64,000 nucleotides of DNA, from NCBI GenBank assembly GCA_977030845.1, contig OZ365110.1:49042001-49106000 (forward strand), read 5' to 3'. Numbering within the stretch: the first letter of the stretch is position 1; each line of letters opens with the position of its first letter. The notes under the pieces were generated by a model that made no database searches, was not told the DNA's origin, and saw only the letters and a program-made list of their open reading frames with translations. This DNA is from Fimbriosthenelais zetlandica (taxonomy: Eukaryota). The position numbers and the translations under genes are program-made. This document shows, piece by piece, positions 42,176-53,547 of this stretch.

Positions 42176-43891
42176 ATTTACGAGCGTAAAGGCCACTTTG
42201 GTGAAGATATACAGAAGATTGGAGCTGGCAAAGGTCACTGGGAAAAGTTCTCAGGGGCTGAATGGAGAGACAATCGATCAAGACATGACTTGAGAATCCG
42301 GGAACTTGATTAATAATTCAGCCAGTGCCTCCAGACTCTGAAAGATGTCATCCAAAAATGATGCTGAATAATTCAATAATTAAATCTTTAATAGATAAAG
42401 GGATAGCCTCGAGGAATATCATAAAAGTAAGCGTTTTACAGTAGCTACATGGTTTAGACTTGATTGTTAGTCCAGCTAATATTAGCACGGCTATGGGAGG
42501 CACCTCTTGCCTGTTCAGGGATGCTAATGGCTAGGCAGTCACTCTAAACCTCAGAATGTTTCTCAAGGCTAGCACTGGCGACATAGTTCTTCCATCTAGC
42601 TCATTACTCCAAAACCAAGATAGCAAAATCAAATCACCATGTAAAACAGATCCAACACCTTTTTTACCCAAGCCAAAAACATGACACAGATCCAAAGGGG
42701 TCATCTAGAAAAGAGACATTCTAGGTAGCAACTGTTTGTCCAAAATACCGCGAGAAAAAACTCTGTTAGCACCACGGAAATGCTCTGTTGGTGATATAGT
42801 ATCACAGATAGGTGGCACTGTGGCTGGGAGAGGACGTGCGTGGCAGGCTAGAACGCTGACAAAGTCGCTCAAGCAAGACTATCGCACCCTGGGGGTTTAA
42901 GGAGGCTAAAACATCGCATCAATCCTGGGCAGCATCAAAAGTTCTCTGGACCTCCTCTAGGCTTTTAGAGGCCTTGCCTGGCAAGACTGGGCTTTTAAAT
43001 AAATGGGGGATGCCATTTCCGTGAGGGGATGTGTGGTATATCATGTACACCCCAGGGGATATCTATGAGGACCCGAGAATCATGTACATACTGGTAGGGT
43101 GCGGTAACTACTTCCCAACTGTGATTAAGATTGCACTCAACATAACAATGATACACAGTAGAGTGGTAATCAGGCAAATGGATGAGGCAATGGGGTGTTT
43201 GCAACCAAAATTGTATCTTAATAAAATCTAACAGCAAGTGCATTCTTTATTGCAACAATTCAAGGGAGATCCTTAGAGGTTAACATTTCTGCAGTGTAGG
43301 ATTAATATAAAAAGGACAGCATATTTAATTTGCAAATGTCTAAACTTCTTCAATGCAAACTAGAGCTAGATGACATGGGAAGGGAAGGGCAATTCACGAG
43401 GAGTAATTTCACTTTTCTTCTTTGCTAGAGTGTTGCCAATTCTACAAATAAGCTGATTGTAAAGATGTTTCCTTCAGAAAACTGATTCCATTTGGAGCAT
43501 CATATACAGGCCTGAATAATGGCATCCTTGGCAGCATGGTTTCATTTAGTCCCCTGAGGCAATATGATGATACCAAGATGCAATCACTTTAATCACACAA
43601 AGAAAGCGTTATACCCCATAAACAGCCAAATTCCATCACTCTCCAAGAAGTAGCGTCTTTTACAACGCTTTGACGAGTCTCTCAAGGACTTCTGAAGTCA
43701 CGCCAACCAAGCATCAACAACTTCCTTCAGTTGCCATGCCAACCCGCCATCTTCCTCGCAGATATTTCAAACAAAACCACATAGTTGCTCAGGCTCTTAT
43801 TTCTTCAAATGATTTTCCCACTCTTTTTTTCTTCTTGCATCGATGACATCGTTTCCTGCTCAAGTTGCTGCCTCGGGGTTGATATTGAGCA

Positions 43892-43906
43892 GGAAGTGAC
43901 GTCACT
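43892..43906 (+). promoter_or_regulatory. ETS-CRE composite motif GGAAGTGACGTCA within the palindrome AGTGACGTCACT
   Basis: Sequence aggaagtgacgtcactcct, with CCAAT at 43920-43924. Motif match only; function unknown. Confidence 0.25.
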
Positions 43907-46900
43907 CCTCAGTGGCTCACCAATTTTCGCCCATCTTTAATGCCCTTTAAACCTGGAGCTGCTGACCCTCAGCTCGTGGACAATCTCCATGCCAGCGCTC
44001 GTTGCCCGCTTAACTACTCCGCCTTCACTCACTGAAACAATGGCCCTGCAATGATGGATCACCTAAGAGACCAGCCACCAGGGCATTCTTTAACTCACTC
44101 TAGTTGCTTCTTTTGAATCAAACTCCAAACATAATTCATCCCAACAATGAGGGAACAGCCTTCCCATCAGTCACAAGGTCTGATGAAGAACTGAGATAAA
44201 GATGGAAAATAACACTGGAGGATCATAAATCCTGCAGAGTTGGTGGAGGAGCAGGAGGAGGAGGAGGAGGAGGCTATTCCTTTGAACTGTGCCATCTAGT
44301 GTTGTTGAGACGGGCTTGGGGCTTATGTATGTTTGGCATTGGGCAGGCCTGTCAACCTCCATTGTCTGTTGCGGTGTCAATGGGCAGATTGGTTGCTACA
44401 GGTACTGGAGAAGGGCCTCCAGGGTGGGTCAGACCAGGGCAGGCCGGGACAGGAGCACCTCCCCCCAGGGGTTAATCCACAATGACATCAGTCGCCCGTC
44501 ATCAGCCGGTCATCATGCCATATCAATGGCCACCAGCATCTGAAGACTTTAATACGATAATAACAAGCACCGTATATACCACAGGGACCAGTGTGAAGAT
44601 ATGCCATATCAAGCAAAGCTCCATAAAACCCAGATAGGCTATCTTACAACCACACCAACATTCAATACAAAAAACACCCCCAGTATAATCCTACAAGTAA
44701 ATAAACACCCAAAAAAAATCAATACGTGGATCCTGTTATTTTTTTTTTATGGATAATCAGTAGGCCTATCTTCATTATCAGTAGAATTATCCATGCTTTA
44801 TAGGTTCTCTTATCACTGCAAGCATCTTTTTTTTATTAATGGAAAATCTGAGGATGCTTCTAACCCATAGATTGTTGGGCAGATATGCCCTCCATTTCCC
44901 CAGACATAATCGATAATGCTACATTTCAAAGGTCCTTAAGAATATTAGGAATTGATCCAGCTGTGGATCAATATGGGGGCTGTGAATAGCCTGACCGCCA
45001 CCTATAAGTACACAGTATAAATATCCATGTCAAAGACTGAAAAGCACTGGGTAATATCATCCCAGTGAACTATACCATGAAGGTAATATACATCAGAATG
45101 CGGAACTATCCTTCCAGAGACAACCATAACGCTATTCTTAGAAGCTCGGTACAAAATTCCTAGCTGAGGCAAGGGTTTATGCTGCCATGCATGTGGCAGG
45201 CCCCGGTAAAGTAGGGTCAGCCGCTTGCATGATCGACTAGAATGAGCTCCTTCATTAATATATCCCCTCTTAAGAGGCGTTGAGCATAATACCAGTTCGG
45301 TCCCATAGTCACCATAAAGGAAAATGGGCAATTGCTATCTGAAGGGCTCCCACTTTGGAAAAAATTGATTTTCCATGTCGGGCTTCACTCGCTGACACAA
45401 TGGAAACATCATTGCTAGGTTGCGTGCCCTGAGGAATGACAAGAGTGAGTTTTTCACTTTTTCTTCATCCGAAGAGAACAGGCAATCGTGAACTTCCAAA
45501 AGTTGGCATTTTAACACACAAATTCTTTCCAGGGATGGAAATAAAATGAGTAAAAATGTGAGAATGGGTCTGTGAGCATGGCAGATGGTAGTTACCAACG
45601 TCTACAGCTAATCAGGTGAAGCCTCAAGGCGGCAGAAAGAGCATGCTGAGTTAGCATGACTGTCATGAATGGATGCCAATAAAATCTGAGAAATCGCAGA
45701 TAAAATTCTAGAATCCACAGCATGATCCATGGCCTAGAATCCATTGTACGAAGTTTAACTAGTTTTGTACCATTAATCAGATGTCAGGAGGGATTGTTAA
45801 TCAATCAGCTCACCTGATAAACTAGCCCTGAACCCTCACCCTCCCTTAATGTATCACTCAGCCCCCCTCTCTTCCCGCAGATAGAAGCAGCCTGGACAAT
45901 TTAAAAGTGTTCTTCATTTGGTAATTAGATCCAGACGCTATCAGTGGCACGCAAGACCGTCCGATTAAAAATTCAAAAGACATCAAAAACTATGGCCACA
46001 ATATCCGTTTCAATGATCTCACACCTCACTGACTACTTCCCGTCCATGGAATGAATATTCAGCGATAAGACAGGAATTGTTGAATGGATTTAATCGATAT
46101 TGCTCGAGTAGCATTAACAAACACACAGCTTCCCACGTGTGTAACAGTGAAGGACAGGATGAGGCAGAGAGGGATTCCTCTAGAATCACAATGCCAGGTT
46201 CAGCAATTAATTTGACAGTAAAAAGGGCCATCCTTCAGCGAGCTGATGTAGTCTAAATGATATTTACTCCAGACCAGCCCCGGTAAGCAGACGACTGCTG
46301 GGTTATTGATGGCAGCAGTCTATAATTCAAAAATTAGTCCCCATCTCCATTTGTTCCTGCATCAAAACTTCATCAGTGATAAATGGATAAAGTGCCCCCC
46401 ATTTGCAATGCCAGGCAAATCTCATAATAGAAATTAAAATCCACGTCAAAGACGGGGCCCCAGCTTTCAACCTCTTTAACTGAGCTTCTAATTCTTGCAT
46501 GACAGGAATTAGAATACTTACCAAGTGAAAATATGGGTCGGGGAATAGATGAGCCAGGAGGGTTGGGTCGGTGTGGGCTTGGCTAGGCTAAGGCTCGGCG
46601 TTCCAACCTTTAAATGCTCCACAATGGTGAACAGGCTAAAGGACGCTTTTATTAGGGCGTACCCATTTGGGTGAGCTGGTACATCACAAACATAGCTCAA
46701 ATATCAACCCTTAAAACGGCTTCCACCCGGAATAATGTTTTCATGGGCATACCCTGTGGGCTGGTGGTATAGGTCTATATAAAAATGGCCACATTGGTAG
46801 GGGCTGCAGATGCTCGCCTGAGCTTTGTTAAATGAAACCAAGTGAAGAGTAGACATTAGGGCCTGGTTTATGGGGGTGGCTTTAGGTGGTGTTTCCCATT

Positions 46901-49900
46901 TGGTTATTGCGTCTGTGTAGTAACAGCTGGTTACCCAGTGAAGGTGTGGCAGTCATCAAGAGAGAGGTTGGCGACAGATGACACCCTAACAGGCCCCCAC
47001 AGCCTCCAAACACCTGAGGACTAGACCCCATCAGCACCGGCCACTAGGGCTGACGTGACAATGTGCCGCACCATGAACACACCAAACCCTGTCCGCAAAA
47101 TCAGAACAAGTAACAAGAACGCTGACGACACACAATTTTCTTTCCCGTATAAATAAAATATAAACACTGTGATGACTATCCTGAATGTTCCATTGAATGT
47201 GATGAATACCCTGAATGACACTGGTGCATTCGATATGCATTGCTTCCATAAGAACATGGGTAGGTCTAATATGGGTTGGTCTGTTCCATTGATTCGAGAG
47301 ACAATGCATATAACGTTAACACGAACAGACATAGATACATGGAACTAGAGCATATTTTATAATACAAGTAGGTGGGGGTGATTTTGAGAGTGGAGCAGCT
47401 TTTACCGAGCCATAACGATAGAACAGGCCATGTTCTGGCTTCCACAGCTCTCCCTGTCAGGCCTCCTTTTAGCCTGTCAACAACTGGCATCAGCGACCAC
47501 ACTAGGCCCATTTAGCATTCCCATGAGCATTATGTACATTACGCCTCTAGAATATCATTAGCTACAGAGTTTGTCAACTATTTGAACGGCAGGAATACAT
47601 AACCAGAGTCTTGTTCCAGTAGATAATGGCAAGATTAGGTTGTTACCGAGATAAACACATGGCACCAGGCAGAGTCTGGCAGTAATCAGCCTGTCCCCCA
47701 GCATACTGAGATACGCGGCTCCCCTAGACAGCCGGCTTTTAAACAAGCCTCACTCAAAACTTGTCAATTCTCCAGTATTTACAAACCATCTAAGCACAAT
47801 TTGCACAGATATCTCTATTGATGGCACTCAACTGACGTGACAGGGAGAATATTCAATTTGCATTTGCATTGGAAAGCAACAATAAAGCTTCTTTATCAGG
47901 CATAGAATGAAACAGAGCGCTTGAAAAATGGCTCCTCGGGGACATGTTCATGGGAGTTGGCTGCTCAGCTGGGGAAAAATCCAGCCAACATCAACAGGAC
48001 ATCCAAAAACTGTTCAATTCCACTCCAGACACTCCCATTTGCAACTAAATAGTAACTTCGTACAGTTCCTACCGCAGTACATAAAACAACCAAATGCATA
48101 TTAAATGAATACATGAGAAGGGCACAAGGCAACAAAATGTGGTACTTATATTTTATCTCTCCTGCTACCACTCCTTCAAATACTGCCTCCTCTCTTCTAT
48201 TCTTTCCCATCATCTAGACCCACCTATTTTCCTTGCCTTCCATCTTTCTTTCTCACTCTGCCTCAGTCTCTCTCTCCCTCTGGAATAGACCACTGTGAGA
48301 GATCACCTTTTCACTGAGAAGCCTCTAGGACAGCCTCTTTTCTCACCAGCATCCCTCAAGGAGGAACCTTCTCTGTGAGCACGGGGTGGACAGGTCTAGG
48401 ATCTAACTCCCTGCTTTTGTTTGATGTTTTGTGTCTTGCGCCAGCAACGTAGGCGTCCCCTCTCTCTCCCAAACTAAAATACTGTTCACAAAGCTGTGGC
48501 AGGAGTCATTCAGAGTTAGTCCTGCCTCAGAGACGCACAGTCCACATCCGACTATTTATCAACACCAACATTGATTTTAGCCGACCTCTATATGTCTTAT
48601 CCGGAGAGTCGCCACCACTAAACGAGCCGCTGCGGGCCCATATTTTGTACATGATCATTCTTCAATATTCAGATAAGTTGCAAGTCAATGGGAGCCAGTA
48701 AATCATACTGGCCAAATCCTGGTTCCTCCATTGATTTTTCAGTTCCAGTCTACTGAAGTTTTATTCACAGTAATGTTTGATAGGGAGGACCAATTACCCC
48801 TGAAGTATGTGGTTCAATGCCTTCTGCGTCTTTGCCTTTCGTGAAATATTACAGAGGAATAGAATCTTGCGCACCAGACCCACACTATTTCATCAGCAAA
48901 TTGATAGGTACATCAATTCCATAGTGTTAATGCCAAAACTTCATTCAAAACCCTCTGGGGACTCCACCGTCTGTTAATTTCCGATGTTTTTATCCCTGAA
49001 GCGACATACAGATTTTGGATAGATCGCCCTTTAAAGGCAAAAAGGTTTTTTTTATATTCCTGCCAACATAAACAATTTTTTATCTCCCATATAAAGGCCT
49101 AACCCCAACAAAAGCATCTCCGTACCATAACAAGCATGAGCAGAACACCTGTTCCTTCGCCTCTCAGCTCCCTCTAACTGAGGTGAGAGGTCAGCTAACC
49201 TAGCGTTGGCAGCACTTCTTGTGGAGTAATAAGGTGTTCAATTTGTTGGTAGAGAGTGAGATATAACGAGCATGCTACTTGCCAAGTCTGACATAATAAG
49301 GAGTTAAAATTGATCACTTCCCCTCTTGAATCAATTTTCCTATAGCATATTTTTCGAGCAGGCGTCATTTAACAACTTTCGCCTGACAAGCCTGAAATCA
49401 GGTCATAGCCGTAGGAGGGGTGAGTGAGTGGGTGAGTGGGTGGGTTGGTTATAATGGAGTATATATAAACTGGCTAGTTGATGGTCAGTGGCACTGTAAG
49501 CTGTACATTCATGACACCCGCCAGTACGCCACTCATCACTCATCTCCTCTGGTGACGTAAGGTGTAGAGTAAGGCACAACTGGTGGAGATATTTTCTTGA
49601 GGAACGCCTGTATATTACTTTCAGCCAACTGTTTCCATCCATCTTGCCATCGATATGAGGTGCGCTGCAGGCCGATGCCCAATAGCAGGATAGACCCTTC
49701 AATCTACTTTAATCAATCAATCCAGGCTGGCTCCTTGGCCAGCTATGGCCGAGCAAAGGCATCCGTCAGAGCTTTTGTCGAGGCGACGCCAGGTTCCGAC
49801 TAGGAGGACTGAAGCACGGATAGACCTCAATAAAGAGGCTATCCAAGGAACGTGTGTATGAATATATATGAGGTATAGTTGGCCCATGGTTAGTCATCTT

Positions 49901-50984
49901 GCCTAGGGAGGGACTATTCGGATCAAGTTTCCTGGCAAAAATGAATCTATAGCATTTTTGTCTGGTGGTGAAAGCTTGTAAATGGAACAGCACAGGCAGG
50001 TCATTGTAGGTCTTCCCAGTAACTGTGAGCAGCAGATTAACAAGGATTTTACTCCACAATCAACTGCATTCATAATGCCTGCCGGCCACAGCTGAACGAT
50101 GACATATTTACCCGTGATTAGGGCTCCATGAAAAAAACATGATGGATTTGTATGAAGTCATGAGTAATGGTGGAGGTTTTAAATAACATCAATTATCTGA
50201 CAATGAGCAGTTCAATACAGATCAAAGCCCATCTCAAGGCTTAATAAACAGGTCTGGGGGTTGGTGCACTACACCAATAAGCCTCCACCAAAGTGATTCT
50301 GTTTCTGTCTGTGAATACCATTCAAGGGGCTACTCGGAAATGGAGTGACTGGGTTCACCTGATCAAAAGTACTATTCTAAAGGATGTTTCTAGGCCTACT
50401 TAAACCTTCTCAAAAGCTTGTTTTTCATATACACACAAAGCCCTGGGAACGCTCCCCAGTAGTGTATATATATATGGCTGAACACAGCGTTTCTGTGAGG
50501 ATCAGACTGCTTTGCCACAAATCCGAGTCGATCCCGCAGCTTTTGGACAACTCTTTGTTAAGGCTGCGCCCAGCGTCTAAAAACATGACTGGGGGGACAG
50601 TGAACCCGGACGGAATGCCGCTTAAGTAAATAGAGTGGAGCCAGGGAAGCGTTAAGGCAGGTCAGCGGGAGGATGACAGGTTGGTTTAAAGCCTGACCTC
50701 GTGCATTAAGCTGATTATATTATTGGAACTGGGCAAAGGATGGGGAAAGAGGAGGGGGGGATGAAAGTTTGGAGGGAGCGAGTTAGGGAAGATGTCTGCA
50801 AGTGTGGATGGATCCACTCCATAACTGTGATATCGAGGTCATTGCATAAGTGCACTCTCCCTGAGGAAAACCCTCATAGGGCATGCCCTTATTTGCACAT
50901 GGTTCTGTGCGACTAACCTATAAAAATTCATCTATGGAACAAAAAAGAACTATCTACTGATATTATTCATTGAAAATATTATCA

Positions 50985-51124
50985 TGCATTTTCCATAGTT
51001 ACTATTGGTAATATTAACCTGCATTTTCCATAGTTACTATTGGTAATATTAACCTGCATTTTCCATAGTTACTATTGGTAATATTAACCTGCATTTTCCA
51101 TAGTTACTATTGGTAATATTAACC
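50985..51124 (+). repeat. 35-bp minisatellite, 4 identical copies
   Basis: tgcattttccatagttactattggtaatattaacc at 50985, 51020, 51055 and 51090. Confidence 0.97.
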
Positions 51125-51132
51125 GGTTATGC

Positions 51133-51423
51133 AAAATATCAACCTGTTTGTATACATAATTATCATTTTGGCTATTTTCAAACATAGTAAAGAATATAGA
51201 TGTCGTACAAAAATGAATGCAAACATATAAAACAGTTAGTAGCCTTATGCAACTGTTTTTGATTCAACAACAAAAATATCAACCTGTAGGGAATGTAAAT
51301 ATCATTTTGACTATTTTCAAAGAAATAGTAAACGTAAAACATGTCATACAGAGGTATACAAAGGAATACAAACATTTAGAACAGCAGCCTAGCGTGAATC
51401 ATTGATTCACAAAAATAACCTGT
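51133..51423 (+). repeat. Diverged ~140-bp tandem repeat (2 copies plus a partial third)
   Basis: aaaatatcaacctgt at 51133 and 51273, each followed by atcatttt.(g/a)ctattttcaaa..atagtaaa..atgtc.taca..caaacat.ta.aacag; aacctgt recurs at 51417. Confidence 0.8.
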
Positions 51424-51757
51424 ATTAATCCTCAGGCCGATTTAACCATTATAACTCAGGCCTACAGATTAAGGAATAGGCCACTGTTAGATACACAATT
51501 CTCTTATATAAAATATATACATTTGCAAAGACAGAAAAAAGGGAAGAACAATGGGGAAAGTGACAGGCATTTTGGGGAGGAAAAGTGGCGACAATTTTGT
51601 TTTCAGTATCACCCATTCTTTCCATGCATACGGCAAAGCCAAAAATTTATCTTTCGATAAAAGTCAAAAATCGTACTGCATGAATTAGATTTCTCAGGAT
51701 CTCAGCTTCATGATCCAAAACCATCGTTCGCAGAAATTGAGGATAAGAACAAAAAAC

Positions 51758-51856
51758 ATACCCACCAATTTGAAAGAATGTAAATATACCCACCATTTGG
51801 AGACAATAAAAATATACCCACCAATTTTATAAAGAAAATATACCCACCAAATTTGG
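51758..51856 (+). repeat. Four copies of ATACCCACCA(A)TTT with ~27-28 bp period
   Basis: Cores near 51758, 51786, 51814 and 51840, separated by variable A-rich spacers. Confidence 0.85.
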
Positions 51857-52287
51857 AGAAAACACCCTTCATTTCAATGAAAAAAACCTACCTGTGAGTT
51901 AAGACGTCCAATCGTATATTTCAAAAAATTTGGGCAAAGGATGTTTGTTAGTTCTCTACTCAATCTATTTAATGGGTGCAAATAAATAGCCAATGAAAAC
52001 CCACCAAGGGGCTGAGTCAACAAAAGCCTAACCCTAAGATTTGTATAAAGCAGTTAATAAGAACTATAAACCCAGGGGATGATGAATGAAAAAAGCATAC
52101 CAAGAGCACCTGAGTGTGTGTGGTGCTACATGTAATAAGATGGGGGAGGCCCATGATGTGGACGGAAGAAGTAGCGAAGGAAGTAGTGGTAGTAGTAGTT
52201 TAGTTGTATATGCCTGACCCCTCTTTTTTTCTTTGCCTTTTTTCTTCCCAGCACAGCACATGTGTACCTACCTGTCTGTGTCTGATT

Positions 52288-52318
<31 letters not shown>

Positions 52319-52326
52319 TAGAAGAA
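52288..52326 (+). repeat. Imperfect (GAA)n microsatellite (a polypyrimidine (TTC)n tract on the TIAR sense strand)
   Basis: gaagaagaggaagaagaagaagaagaagaagtagaagaa. Confidence 0.92.
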
Positions 52327-52502
52327 CTTGGGTGCCAACCTCCCTTCTTGGGTTACGCCTTCAGCTTTCACTCAGCATGAATATCATTGTATTATTTCTT
52401 AATCTTCGGTCATCTTCCAGGTTCTCTGTAGTTTCATCAGCATACAACAAAGTCTATCTCCACAGCAGTAGGAGGTTCAGCGTTACCTCAACCTAGGAGA
52501 TG

Positions 52503-52536
<34 letters not shown>

Positions 52537-52572
52537 AAGTAGTAGTAGTAGGACTAGGAGTAGTAGTAGTAG
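52503..52572 (+). repeat. Imperfect (GTA)n microsatellite
   Basis: Read directly; interrupted by aag and gactaggag. Confidence 0.95.
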
Positions 52573-53355
52573 GGCATGGTCAATGGGCACCACATGGTAG
52601 CTGCAAACATATACTAAGACCACATACGTCACCGGCCGGGAAGCCAAGCTGAAAATAACGGGGGGAAATTACTCGGCCCTGGCTTTTTCTCAGAGGGTAC
52701 TAGACCGCTAGTCCAAGGCACTTTATACCTCGGTGGCTTCACGCCGTGTCCCAAGTCTCTGAGAGCATATCACTCATTCAGTGCTGTCCACTTTGCCTCG
52801 GGACATATCCATCATAATTAGAAGAGGCTGAACGCTTCTCGTCACCAATGTTATAAATCAAATGGCCTCTTCTTTCTCAAGGGTAATTTCATGTAACCCC
52901 ACTTAGAAAATAAATTTGGAAAAAGTCCCATTAGTCGAGAGAAAAAAAAATTCGGTCCAAAGTTCCATACTGTTACAGTATGAGGAAGGTCATGAAATGG
53001 ACCGAACAACTTGAATATTGAAGGTTCAAAGTGTTATCCGCATCAATTAGTATCTGTTAAATTTGATTAATATCTTATGTGAAATTTGGAATAACTTTTA
53101 CATTTTTCTCCTTTTCCCCTTTATCTACTTACCCTCAAAAGAAGTAATATGAATTTCCTCGCCACGACAGGAGTATTGGGACATCTATACCAAGTCCAGC
53201 TACATCCCTCAGGCCTCAATCCAAGGTTCTGGTAAAAGATAACAAAAGAAACCCCAACCCACAAGGCCCTGGATGGTCTGGGGTGGGCCTTTATAATGGA
53301 GGGAATTCACCCCTGTGTTTTGGATGGGAACAAACTTAATAAACTGAAACAAACT

Positions 53356-53547
53356 GGGTTCCAATTTCCTAGAACTAAACCCAAATAGTGTCTTGATTTA
53401 AAATAAACATACTTTCCTTTTCATTTGTCTGGGTTTCATGAACCCGAAAAATGTCTGATGGAAATAAATATACTTTCCTTTTTCATTTTGTAGGGATTCT
53501 ATCAATCCCGAAAGTGTCCCGATTAAAATAAATATACTTTCCTTTTT
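53356..53547 (+). repeat. ~62-bp diverged tandem repeat (about 3 units), each unit with a small inverted repeat
   Basis: Core aaataaaYatactttccttt at 53401, 53462 and 53526. Stems gggtt/aaccc (53356/53378 and 53431/53441) and gggatt/aatccc (53493/53504). Confidence 0.85.

Noticed and set aside
43031-43231. YFPTVIKIAL as a hAT dimerisation-domain fragment
   Set aside because: Lacks the upstream W and downstream ERxFS signature; no TIRs seen.
52615-52715. 5S rRNA-like fragment (gaagccaagc...ggccctgg...gtactagaccg)
   Set aside because: Only scattered 6-10 nt matches with wrong spacing; not supportable as 5S or a 5S-SINE.
53356-53547. CRISPR-like repeat-spacer appearance (also 51758-51856 and 50985-51124)
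   Set aside because: Animal intron, no cas genes, and spacers are homologous or absent; these are minisatellites.
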